This document shows, piece after piece, positions 1 through 7,115 of a stretch of DNA of 24,000 nt. Origin of the DNA: Kandleria vitulina DSM 20405 (lineage in GTDB: Bacteria; Bacillota_I; Bacilli_A; Erysipelotrichales; Coprobacillaceae); NCBI RefSeq assembly GCF_000702065.1, contig NZ_JNKN01000004.1, positions 19,964-43,963 of the forward strand, read 5' to 3'. Under the pieces are notes generated by a model. The model was not told where the DNA came from. It made no database searches and saw only the letters and a program-made list of their open reading frames with translations. A program made the translations under genes and the position numbers. Each line of letters opens with the position of its first letter. Position 1 is the stretch's first letter.

Positions 1-1
1 T

Positions 2-289
2 CTTCCTCGCTTTGCGAAGTTCAAGGCTGAAGGATTGACATTCCTTGTGACACATGGTCAGTTCTATGGCTATTTTAAAAGAGAAAACTTGATGATGGTC
101 GATCTTAAGAAATATAGATGTGATGTCATGTTGTCAGGACATTCTCATATTCCTCACTATGCCAAGATTGGTGATTATCAATTCTTGAATCCAGGTTCTA
201 CTACATTGCCTAGAGGCGGTTCTGCCCGTGGGTATGCTGTGATTTATGTAGATGGAAAAAATCTTTCTTATGAATTCAAAGAACTTTAA
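2..289 (+). CDS. Metallophosphoesterase, YfcE/MJ0936 phosphodiesterase family (C-terminal part; 5' end lies outside the window)
   Basis: The frame is open from the window edge to TAA at 287-289. The 'TTG' start at 35 in the ORF track is only the first start-like codon. The sequence contains VTHGQ...SGHSHIP...NPGS, typical of the C-terminal metal-binding half of this family. Confidence 0.7.
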   Translation, partial: LPRFAKFKAEGLTFLVTHGQFYGYFKRENLMMVDLKKYRCDVMLSGHSHIPHYAKIGDYQFLNPGSTTLPRGGSARGYAVIYVDGKNLSYEFKEL

Positions 290-297
290 AAAAGTTC

Positions 298-326
298 TTG
301 CATTATGATGGCGCCTATGTTATATT
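298..326 (+). promoter_or_regulatory. Sigma-A type promoter for tRNA-Arg copy 1
   Basis: TTGCAT (298-303), a 17-nt spacer, then TATATT (321-326) preceded by TGT (extended -10). It lies about 30 nt upstream of the tRNA 5' end. Confidence 0.55.
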
Positions 327-355
327 ATGTGAGCAGTCCGGGAAGGACATAAGAA

Positions 356-432
356 GTCTACTTAGCTCAGCTGGATAGAGCACACGCCTTCTAAGCGTGC
401 GGTCGGGGGTTCGAATCCCTCAGTGGACGCCA
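356..432 (+). tRNA. tRNA-Arg (anticodon TCT), copy 1
   Basis: Hand-folded 77-nt cloverleaf. Acceptor GTCTACT/AGTGGAC; D arm GCTC-AGCTGGATA-GAGC; anticodon stem CACGC/GCGTG with loop CTTCTAA (anticodon TCT); variable loop CGGTC; T arm GGGGG-TTCGAAT-CCCTC; discriminator G; encoded CCA. Confidence 0.93.
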
Positions 433-442
433 TCTGAAAGCT

Positions 443-470
443 ACACCCTTCGGGGTGTTTTTTTCTTTTT
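443..470 (+). terminator. Rho-independent terminator after tRNA-Arg copy 1
   Basis: ACACCC-TTCG-GGGTGT hairpin (443-458) followed by TTTTTTCTTTTT. Confidence 0.8.
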
Positions 471-589
471 GTAATATTATAGAGGAGAGCGGGTATTACT
501 TTACATTGAGTGTGTTGTTACGCTTGATCTATTAAATTAGGCATACTTAAAGTAGAATATATTTTTGACAAAATATTTACAATTTCTAC

Positions 590-618
590 TTGCAATGTAG
601 ATGCGGTGGTGTTATTAT
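590..618 (+). promoter_or_regulatory. Sigma-A type promoter for tRNA-Arg copy 2
   Basis: TTGCAA (590-595), a 17-nt spacer, then TGT-TATTAT (610-618). Confidence 0.55.
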
Positions 619-647
619 ATGTGAGCAGTCCGGGAAGGACGTAAGAA

Positions 648-724
648 GTCTACTTAGCTCAGCTGGATAGAGCACACGCCTTCTAAGCGTGCGGTCGGGG
701 GTTCGAATCCCTCAGTGGACGCCA
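648..724 (+). tRNA. tRNA-Arg (anticodon TCT), copy 2
   Basis: Identical 77-nt sequence to copy 1, offset by exactly 292 bp. Confidence 0.93.
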
Positions 725-734
725 TCTGAAAGCT

Positions 735-762
735 ACACCCTTCGGGGTGTTTTTTTCTTTTT
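735..762 (+). terminator. Rho-independent terminator after tRNA-Arg copy 2
   Basis: Same ACACCC-TTCG-GGGTGT hairpin plus T-run as copy 1. Confidence 0.8.
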
Positions 763-881
763 GTAATATTATAGAGGAGAGCGGGTATTACTTTACATTG
801 AGTGTGTTGTTACGCTTGATCTATTAAATTAGGCATACTTAAAGTAGAATATATTTTTGACAAAATATTTACAATTTCTAC

Positions 882-910
882 TTGCAATGTAGATGCGGTG
901 GTGTTATTAT
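882..910 (+). promoter_or_regulatory. Sigma-A type promoter for tRNA-Arg copy 3
   Basis: TTGCAA (882-887), a 17-nt spacer, then TGT-TATTAT (902-910). Identical to the copy 2 promoter. Confidence 0.55.
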
Positions 911-939
911 ATGTGAGCAGTCCGGGAAGGACGTAAGAA

Positions 940-1016
940 GTCTACTTAGCTCAGCTGGATAGAGCACACGCCTTCTAAGCGTGCGGTCGGGGGTTCGAAT
1001 CCCTCAGTGGACGCCA
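940..1016 (+). tRNA. tRNA-Arg (anticodon TCT), copy 3
   Basis: Identical 77-nt sequence, offset a further 292 bp. Confidence 0.93.
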
Positions 1017-1026
1017 TCTGAAATAT

Positions 1027-1050
1027 ACACCCTTCGGGGTGTTTTTTTCT
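1027..1050 (+). terminator. Rho-independent terminator after tRNA-Arg copy 3
   Basis: ACACCC-TTCG-GGGTGT hairpin (1027-1042) plus a T-run. The flank differs from copies 1 and 2 (GAAATATACACCC versus GAAAGCTACACCC). Confidence 0.8.
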
Positions 1051-1063
1051 TATATGTAAAAAG

Positions 1064-1092
1064 CGTTCAATCATAAGATTGAACGTACTTTT
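1064..1092. terminator. Bidirectional hairpin terminator shared by the tRNA array (+) and the membrane-protein gene (-)
   Basis: CGTTCAATC-ATAA-GATTGAACG (1064-1085). It is followed by TACTTTTTT on the + strand and preceded by AAAAAG, which reads as a T-run on the - strand. The stop codon of the minus-strand ORF sits inside the stem. Confidence 0.6.
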
Positions 1093-1586
1093 TTATTGAA
1101 TGAGAAGATATAGATGAGTGTGACTATTTCACTTAAGCCATTGATGCAGGCAAATGTACATAGGATGATTGTCATTAGGCTTATATAGACCATAAATCTT
1201 TTGATCAGCTCAATGCATAATGGCATCATCTTGTTTTTAAGAAGATTGAGTATGCTTATCTGCAATAAGAAGATAATGACAATTGGAAATAAAGATGTAT
1301 AGACATGAATGCGTGAGGCAAGATCCGCATTGTCTTTATAGATGATAAGTGATGATATACTTAAGGAGAGGGCACATAGTAATGAAATAAGAAGAAAAGT
1401 TTTCTTATGAGATACGATCTTTAGAAAGCTTAACTGCTGGTAGAATAAATACAATGCGATGAGGCATGTATAGATGAGGACAATAAGATGATACTTAGGT
1501 GAAGCTGATACAGAAGAGATATTCTTGAATAAAAGGCTCTGCCTTGAGGCAATGTAGATTGTCAATAATATAAAGATGTAATCCAT
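1071..1586 (-). CDS. Hypothetical polytopic membrane protein (171 aa, about 5-6 predicted TM segments), family not recognised
   Basis: The ORF has a good SD (AAAGGAG, 6 nt before the ATG) and a terminator hairpin at its 3' end. The protein is strongly hydrophobic with short polar loops. I recognise no catalytic motif. Confidence 0.65.
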   Translation of the reverse strand: MDYIFILLTIYIASRQSLLFKNISSVSASPKYHLIVLIYTCLIALYLFYQQLSFLKIVSHKKTFLLISLLCALSLSISSLIIYKDNADLASRIHVYTSLFPIVIIFLLQISILNLLKNKMMPLCIELIKRFMVYISLMTIILCTFACINGLSEIVTLIYIFSFNKKVRSIL

Positions 1587-1674
1587 GCGTTACTCCTTTC
1601 ATTGTGATTTTACTATAAAAAGATGTAAACGGGAAGACTGTCTAGAAATTCATGAAACCCATAGGCTTAATACA

Positions 1675-1702
1675 TTGAGATAAAGCTAAAATGTGCTATA
1701 AT
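1675..1702 (+). promoter_or_regulatory. Sigma-A type promoter upstream of RNase J
   Basis: TTGAGA (1675-1680), a 16-nt spacer, then TGC-TATAAT (1694-1702). Confidence 0.55.
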
Positions 1703-1737
1703 GTGTAAAAAGAAATTACATGAGAAAGGATTATTAG

Positions 1738-3432
1738 ATGAAAGATATAATAAAGTTTTTGGCGTTAGGAGGACAGGCTGAAAACGGAAAAAGCAATTAT
1801 TGTATTGAAATCAACGATAAGATTTTTATTGTAGATTCAGGTTTCCGTTTTCCAGACTCAGATAAATTGGGAGTTGATGTCATTATTCCTAGCTTTGAAT
1901 ATCTAGTTGAAAATAAAGAGAAGATTGCGGCAATCATAATTACGCATGGCCATGATGATGTAATGGCCAGTCTTCCATATTTGTTGAGGGATATTCATGA
2001 TGTACCTGTATATGCTCCAAATCTTACTGCTGATTTAATTGAAGAAATGATTGGCCGTTATGAAAGGCATAATAGAGTAAAACTTAACATGGATTTGCGT
2101 CGTGTTAAGAGAGATGCAACTATCAAGATCAAAGGTGTTGAGGTTGCGTTCTTCCCAGTGACACATTCCATTCCTGGGAGTGTTGGCGTTGCTTTCTGGA
2201 CAGATGCTGGCTATATTGTCTATGCGTCAGAATTCATTATTGATTTTGGTGCACCATTGGAATTTAGCTGCAATCTGCAGAAGATGATGGAAATCGGGAA
2301 ACGTGGTGTCTTGGCGCTTCTTGTTGAGTCATCTTATGCAAATAGATCAGGATATACTTCACCTAAGCATAAGTTGACTGATAAGATTGAACATATTTTT
2401 GAAGATGCAAAGGGACGCATCATCATTACGTCTTATGCTCAAAATATTTTCAGAACAAGAGAAATTGTTGAATTGACTAAGAAGTATGGTCGTAAGATTG
2501 TCTTTTATGGACGTGATAAATATGATCCTACCAACAGTATCTTAAGACTTGAGAAGAAGAGTCATAAGACTGGTATCAAGGTTGATCGTAAGGTGCTTGG
2601 CAAGAAGGAAAACATTGGCAAGTTCCCTAGAGATAATGGATATGTTATCTTGTTATCGGGCAGACCTCAGTCAATCTATAGTGATATTGATGATATTCTT
2701 GATGGTGGAGATGATCTTCTTAAGATAAGAAAGGGAGATACTTTCATTGTTGCTTCACCAGTTCTTCCTGGTACTGAAAAGATTGCTACGAGAGCAAGAA
2801 ATAATCTTTATCGTACTGAAGCTAATGTGGAAATTCTTAAGAGCAAGGAACTGTTATCAATGCATGCTTCTGAAGAAGATATCAAGGTTGTTATTCAGAT
2901 CTTTAAGCCTAAGTACTATATTCCAATCAAGGGTGATTATCGTGCCTTTGTCAACAATGCGATGGTTGCAAGGGATATGATGATTGATGAAGATAATATT
3001 ATCATTGCTGATAATGGTGAAACTCTTACTTTTAAAGGTGGAGAATTACAGAGCGGCAGAGGAAAAGTTGAAGTCAATGATGTCATGATTGACGGTAGCG
3101 GTATTGGTGATGTAGGAGCCAAGGTTATCGATGATCGTATTCAGCTTTCTAATGATGGTGTTGTCGTAGTTGGTGTCACTATTGATAAGAAGACAAAGAA
3201 AATCATTGCACAGACTGACTGTCAGACACGTGGTTTTGTCTACTTGAAGGATGCAAGCTATGTGATCAGAGAAGTCGTCAACATCTGTGAAAAGGCTGTT
3301 GCTACTTTAGAAAATGAACCTGAAACGGATATTCAGGATATTAGAAACATGATGCGTGAACAGAGCATGCGTTATATTGTAAAAGAAACAGGCAAGAAAC
3401 CAGTATTTATTGGGGTCGTTGTTGAAGTTTAA
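1738..3432 (+). CDS. rnj: Ribonuclease J (metallo-beta-lactamase / beta-CASP), with substitutions at metal-ligand positions (J2-like)
   Basis: The 564-aa protein is collinear with RNase J as I recall B. subtilis RnjA. Shared landmarks are ITHGH.D, THSIP.S, the beta-CASP region, DGSGIGD and SRGFVY, with a C-terminal VVVEV-type end. SD AAAGGA lies upstream. Confidence 0.9.
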   Translation: MKDIIKFLALGGQAENGKSNYCIEINDKIFIVDSGFRFPDSDKLGVDVIIPSFEYLVENKEKIAAIIITHGHDDVMASLPYLLRDIHDVPVYAPNLTADLIEEMIGRYERHNRVKLNMDLRRVKRDATIKIKGVEVAFFPVTHSIPGSVGVAFWTDAGYIVYASEFIIDFGAPLEFSCNLQKMMEIGKRGVLALLVESSYANRSGYTSPKHKLTDKIEHIFEDAKGRIIITSYAQNIFRTREIVELTKKYGRKIVFYGRDKYDPTNSILRLEKKSHKTGIKVDRKVLGKKENIGKFPRDNGYVILLSGRPQSIYSDIDDILDGGDDLLKIRKGDTFIVASPVLPGTEKIATRARNNLYRTEANVEILKSKELLSMHASEEDIKVVIQIFKPKYYIPIKGDYRAFVNNAMVARDMMIDEDNIIIADNGETLTFKGGELQSGRGKVEVNDVMIDGSGIGDVGAKVIDDRIQLSNDGVVVVGVTIDKKTKKIIAQTDCQTRGFVYLKDASYVIREVVNICEKAVATLENEPETDIQDIRNMMREQSMRYIVKETGKKPVFIGVVVEV

Positions 3433-3433
3433 A

Positions 3434-3480
3434 ATAGAAGATGTGGGATGATCCACATCTTCTATTCATTTGGTTTTATT
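3434..3480 (+). terminator. Long hairpin (putative terminator or attenuator) between rnj and ftsK
   Basis: A 13-bp perfect stem, ATAGAAGATGTGG / CCACATCTTCTAT (3434-3446 / 3453-3465), followed by TCATTTGGTTTTATT, an interrupted T-tract. Confidence 0.5.
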
Positions 3481-3497
3481 ATAGAAGGGGGAAAATC

Positions 3498-5798
3498 ATG
3501 GCTGCGAAAAAGAAAACGAATGCACGTAGAAAGTCGAATAAGAAAAAGACGACAAAGAAAAAAGCTCAGCCGATGTTGTCTGCATCATTAAAGCTGAGAC
3601 TGACAGCTTTGATTTTAGGATTTTTAACAGTTGTTGCTTATTTGAAGCTAGGCATTATTGGTGTGCTTTTGCATAGTGTTTTTGCCTTTTTCTTTGGCAA
3701 TGTACTTATTACGACAGCGTATATTCTGATACTTTTGATATTGCTTTATCTTTTGATAAATGCTCGTCTTCCTAAGATGAGTTCTCCTGAGGCGGTAGGA
3801 ATCATGATGATTTTCTTTTCCTCATTGATGATTTCTTGTTATGGCAAGAATGATCAGGGAATAAAGCTTATTATGACTTATCTTCAATCAGGTCATTATA
3901 TTCGAGGAGGCTTTATCGGTTATATCTTCTATGGTATTTTCTCAGCTCTTTTTGCACCGACTGGTGCTTTATGGGCTGGTATTCTCTTTATTATGATTGG
4001 TCTTGTTCTTTCTACTTTAAAGCTGTTTTTTAAGTATAAGGAATATAGCGAAAGAGAAAGTGAGATTATGGAGGAGGAAGAGGAAGAAAGTGCTCCTGGC
4101 AAGTTCTTTGATTTTCTTCATCGTGAAAAGAAGGAACGTGTCCTTTTCCCGGATCAGGCTTTTGAGGAGAAAGAAGAGAAGCCAGTTAAGGAATCAGTTA
4201 TGGATGCCTTTATTTTTGATGAGGAAGAGGAAGAAAAACCAGCATTGGAATTTGATGAGCCTTCAATGAGACTTGATATTAAAGATGATGTCAAGAAAGA
4301 AGAAAAGCCGATTATTCATAATGAGCCCGTCAAGACAAAGAAGGGCGATTATCAGCTTCCTTCTTATAAGCTTTTAAATCCTGTCAAGAATCAAAAGCAG
4401 GGCAATGATGAAATGCGTAATGCCAAGATTGTCGGTAAAAATCTAGAGGAATTGCTTAAACAGTTTGGCGTTAATGTTCACGTAGAAGATCTGATGATTG
4501 GTCCTACTGTCACAAAGTATGAGCTAAAGCTTGAAATTGGAACACGTGTCAATAAGATTCTTTCATTGCAGGATGATATCCAGTTGGCTTTAGCAGCCAA
4601 GGATATTCGTATTGAAGCACCGATTCCAGGTAAGCCATATGTTGGTATTGAAGTACCAAACAAGAATGCGGCGATGGTGCCTTATAATGAAATATTCCAG
4701 CAGTCCATGCATGACAAGAGCTGGGAAAACAAGACAGCTGTACCGTTAGGAAAAGATGTTTCTGGACAGCTTATCGTAGCGGAATTAAATAAGCTTCCTC
4801 ATTTGCTTGTTGCTGGGGCAACAGGTTCAGGGAAGTCGGTATGTGTAAACTCAATTATCACATCCATTCTTATGAAGGCGACACCTGATGAAGTTAAGCT
4901 AATTCTTGTCGATCCAAAGAAAGTAGAACTTTCTAACTACAATGGAGTGCCTCATCTTTTAGCACCGGTTGTCACTGATCCAAAGAAAGCAGCAGGGGTT
5001 CTTCAGGAAGTTGTTTCTGAGATGGAAAGACGTTATGAAGTGTTTGCGGCAAACAATAAGAGAAATATGGCAAGCTATAATAAGTTTGCCAAGGAACAAA
5101 ATGAAGCCAATGGCGATGATGCTATGGAGGTTATGCCTTATATCATTGTAATCTTGGATGAGGTGGCAGATCTTATGATGGTTGCCAGCAAGACGGTTGA
5201 AGACTGTATCATGCGTATTTCACAGATGGCGCGTGCTGCTGGTATTCATATGATTGTTGCAACACAGCGTCCTTCTACTGATATTATTACTGGTGTTATC
5301 AAGGCTAACATTCCTTCAAGAATTGCTTTTGCGGTTTCTTCTAGTATCGATTCACGTACTATTCTTGATACAAGCGGTGCCGAAAAACTTTTAGGAAAAG
5401 GGGATATGCTCTTTTCTCCTATGGGTTCTTCATCACCGATTCGAGTACAAGGTGCTTTTGTGGATGATGCAGAAGTGGCTAGAGTTGTTGATTTTGTATC
5501 TAACCAGATGGAAGCTGATTATGATGACAAGTATGTCAATGCTAAAGAGGCATCCAATGGTTCTAGCGGCAGTGAGTCCGGTGATGATCTTGATGAAGAA
5601 TATGAAGAATGTCGTGCTTTTGTTATTCAGATGCAAAAGGCAAGTACGTCTCTTCTTCAAAGAAAATTCAGAATTGGTTATAATAAAGCAGCAAGAATTA
5701 TTGATGAACTTGAGGCTAACGGAGTCATTGGTCCACAGATGGGATCTAAGCCTAGAGAGGTTTATATTAAGAGTTATAGTGAAGAAGATGAAAATTAA
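3498..5798 (+). CDS. ftsK: DNA translocase FtsK/SpoIIIE
   Basis: Lys-rich N-terminus, four or more TM segments and an acidic linker. Walker A is GATGSGKS. The motor region carries IVILDEVADLMM and ATQRPS. The C-terminal gamma winged helix reads LLQRKFRIGYNKAARIIDELE. I chose the start at ATG 3498 (SD GAAGGGGG at 3485-3492). The 19 upstream codons in the ORF track are the terminator hairpin. Confidence 0.93.
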   Translation: MAAKKKTNARRKSNKKKTTKKKAQPMLSASLKLRLTALILGFLTVVAYLKLGIIGVLLHSVFAFFFGNVLITTAYILILLILLYLLINARLPKMSSPEAVGIMMIFFSSLMISCYGKNDQGIKLIMTYLQSGHYIRGGFIGYIFYGIFSALFAPTGALWAGILFIMIGLVLSTLKLFFKYKEYSERESEIMEEEEEESAPGKFFDFLHREKKERVLFPDQAFEEKEEKPVKESVMDAFIFDEEEEEKPALEFDEPSMRLDIKDDVKKEEKPIIHNEPVKTKKGDYQLPSYKLLNPVKNQKQGNDEMRNAKIVGKNLEELLKQFGVNVHVEDLMIGPTVTKYELKLEIGTRVNKILSLQDDIQLALAAKDIRIEAPIPGKPYVGIEVPNKNAAMVPYNEIFQQSMHDKSWENKTAVPLGKDVSGQLIVAELNKLPHLLVAGATGSGKSVCVNSIITSILMKATPDEVKLILVDPKKVELSNYNGVPHLLAPVVTDPKKAAGVLQEVVSEMERRYEVFAANNKRNMASYNKFAKEQNEANGDDAMEVMPYIIVILDEVADLMMVASKTVEDCIMRISQMARAAGIHMIVATQRPSTDIITGVIKANIPSRIAFAVSSSIDSRTILDTSGAEKLLGKGDMLFSPMGSSSPIRVQGAFVDDAEVARVVDFVSNQMEADYDDKYVNAKEASNGSSGSESGDDLDEEYEECRAFVIQMQKASTSLLQRKFRIGYNKAARIIDELEANGVIGPQMGSKPREVYIKSYSEEDEN

Positions 5799-5815
5799 TT
5801 TCATCTTCTTTTTCC
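5782..5815 (+). terminator. Rho-independent terminator of ftsK (embeds the stop codon)
   Basis: GAAGATGAAA-ATTAA-TTTCATCTTC (5784-5808), extendable by 2-3 bp, followed by TTTTT. Confidence 0.7.
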
Positions 5816-5866
5816 GCTTTATTCGATAATTTTTTATAGATTTTTTTAAATGGTAAAAAAATACTC

Positions 5867-5895
5867 TTTTAAATCTAAATATGAGGTGGTATTAT
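5867..5895 (+). promoter_or_regulatory. Possible promoter of the BMP/ABC operon
   Basis: Extended -10 TGG-TATTAT (5887-5895). The -35 region is poor (TTTTAA, 5867-5872). Confidence 0.35.
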
Positions 5896-5927
5896 GTGTA
5901 TAGATCATTCGAAAGGGGAAAGAGTTT

Positions 5928-7010
5928 ATGAAAAAATTGATTGCATCTTTGATGGTACTTTCAATGGTACTTGTGGGATGTAGCGGTTCTAACAAGAAAA
6001 CAGAAATCGCACTTATTACTGATTCAGGAGGAATTAATGACAAGTCATTCAACCAGTCTGCTTGGGAAGCTGTAAAAGAATACGGCGAAAAGAATGACAA
6101 AGGCTATAAGTACTATAAGCCAGCATCATTCGATGATGAAGGTTATAAGAAACAGATCAAGAGCGCTGTAAAGAATGGTGCTAAGATCGTAGTTTTACCT
6201 GGTTTCAAATTTGCAAATGCAATGGGAGATATCCAGGAAGATAAGACTTATAAAGATGTAAAGTTTGTATGTATCGATTTCACTCCAACTAAGAAGGATG
6301 CAGCAGTTGATCCTGCAGAAAATGTATACTGCGCTTCTTATAAGGAACAGCAGCCAGGTTACTTAGCTGGATATGCCGCTGTAAAAGATGGTTATACTAA
6401 GCTTGGTTTCATGGGTGGTATCTCATTACCAGCAGTAATCAACTATGGTTATGGTTACTTACAGGGTGCAAATGATGCAGCTAAAGAATTAAACAAAAAA
6501 ATTACTGTTAACTATACTTACACTGGTACATTCAACGAATCTCCATCAATTAAGACTCAGGCTACTGCTTGGTACAATGGTGGAACAGAAATTATCTTCT
6601 CTTGTGGTGGACAGATCTGTAACTCAGTATTTGCGGCTGCTGAAGATACTAAGAAATTCTCAATTGGTGTCGACAGTGACCAGAAAGATGATTCTAAGAC
6701 AGTTGTTACATCTGCATTAAAGAACGTTAAACAGACTGTTGCTGATCAGATTACAGCAGTTTATGATAATAAGTTCAAAGGTGGGGCTTATGTTCTTGAT
6801 GCTTCTGGAAGCTATATTGGTTTATCTTCTGATTTCTCAAGATTTAAGACTTTCAAAAAAGCTGACTACGAAGCTGAATATGCTAAGATTAAAGATGGTA
6901 CTACAAAGATCTTAACTCATTCTGATGATGAATCAGCAAAAGGTAACCCAAATAAAACTGTTAAATTAAAAGCTGCTTTAACTAATGTAACAGTTAAATT
7001 TGAAGGATAA
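5928..7010 (+). CDS. BMP-family lipoprotein, substrate-binding component of a nucleoside-type ABC transporter (NupN/PnrA/BmpA/Med-like)
   Basis: Signal peptide with lipobox LVGC|SGS. ITDSGGINDKSFNQSAW is the hallmark N-terminus of the BMP family. SD AAAGGGGAAAGAG lies upstream. Confidence 0.9.
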   Translation: MKKLIASLMVLSMVLVGCSGSNKKTEIALITDSGGINDKSFNQSAWEAVKEYGEKNDKGYKYYKPASFDDEGYKKQIKSAVKNGAKIVVLPGFKFANAMGDIQEDKTYKDVKFVCIDFTPTKKDAAVDPAENVYCASYKEQQPGYLAGYAAVKDGYTKLGFMGGISLPAVINYGYGYLQGANDAAKELNKKITVNYTYTGTFNESPSIKTQATAWYNGGTEIIFSCGGQICNSVFAAAEDTKKFSIGVDSDQKDDSKTVVTSALKNVKQTVADQITAVYDNKFKGGAYVLDASGSYIGLSSDFSRFKTFKKADYEAEYAKIKDGTTKILTHSDDESAKGNPNKTVKLKAALTNVTVKFEG

Positions 7011-7019
7011 GAACAAGTG

Positions 7020-7052
7020 GAAAAGAACGTGTAAGCGTTCTTTTCTTTTTTT
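7020..7052 (+). terminator. Intra-operon terminator or attenuator after the binding-protein gene
   Basis: GAAAAGAACG-TGTAAG-CGTTCTTTTC (7020-7045) followed by TTTTTTT. Confidence 0.7.
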
Positions 7053-7115
7053 AATAAAAATTTCTTTATTTTAAAGCTATTTCATGTATAATTGTTTGGA
7101 AGAGGTGAAGGAAGA

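Larger units (their letters stand above)
326..1051 (+). repeat. Tandem direct repeat, 292-bp unit, about 2.5 copies (promoter + tRNA-Arg + terminator + spacer)
   Basis: Read by eye, 326-617 and 618-909 differ at a single base (A349 versus G641). The third unit stays near-identical up to about 1051. Each spacer carries an AT-rich inverted repeat, ATATTTT-TGAC-AAAATAT (559-576 in unit 1), just upstream of the next -35. Confidence 0.9.

Noticed and set aside
279-299. An AT-rich 9-bp hairpin (AAGAACTTT-AAA-AAAGTTCTT) spanning the stop codon of the phosphoesterase gene, considered as a possible terminator.
   Set aside because: There is no downstream T-tract, the stem is weak (mostly A:T), and it overlaps the -35 of the first tRNA promoter. 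Function is undetermined.
326-1051. The regularly spaced repeats might have been a CRISPR array, or attL/attR of an element integrated into a tRNA.
   Set aside because: The repeat unit is 292 bp and includes the entire tRNA, promoter and terminator. The 'spacers' are identical to each other. There are no cas genes, no integrase, and no partial tRNA 3'-end copies elsewhere in the window.
2747-3122. Short ORFs nested in or antisense to long conserved genes: 2747..2980, 2937..3122, 4060..4269, 4478..4663, 4969..5151, 5433..5829, 5846..6100, 7077..7391, 7502..7756, 7950..8153, 8607..8789, 10613..10795, 12023..12217, 13123..13359, 13374..13697, 14933..15148, 15854..16051, 16972..17196, 18887..19126, 22730..22978, 23252..23752.
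   Set aside because: All lie inside or opposite strongly supported CDSs, lack SD sequences and have low-complexity translations. Such open frames are expected by chance in AT-rich DNA.
3441-3497. An upstream extension of ftsK (MWDDPHLLFIWFYYRRGKI) from the ORF track.
   Set aside because: These codons are the two arms of the 13-bp hairpin. There is no SD before 3441, whereas ATG 3498 has a strong GAAGGGGG SD and gives the typical Lys-rich FtsK N-terminus.
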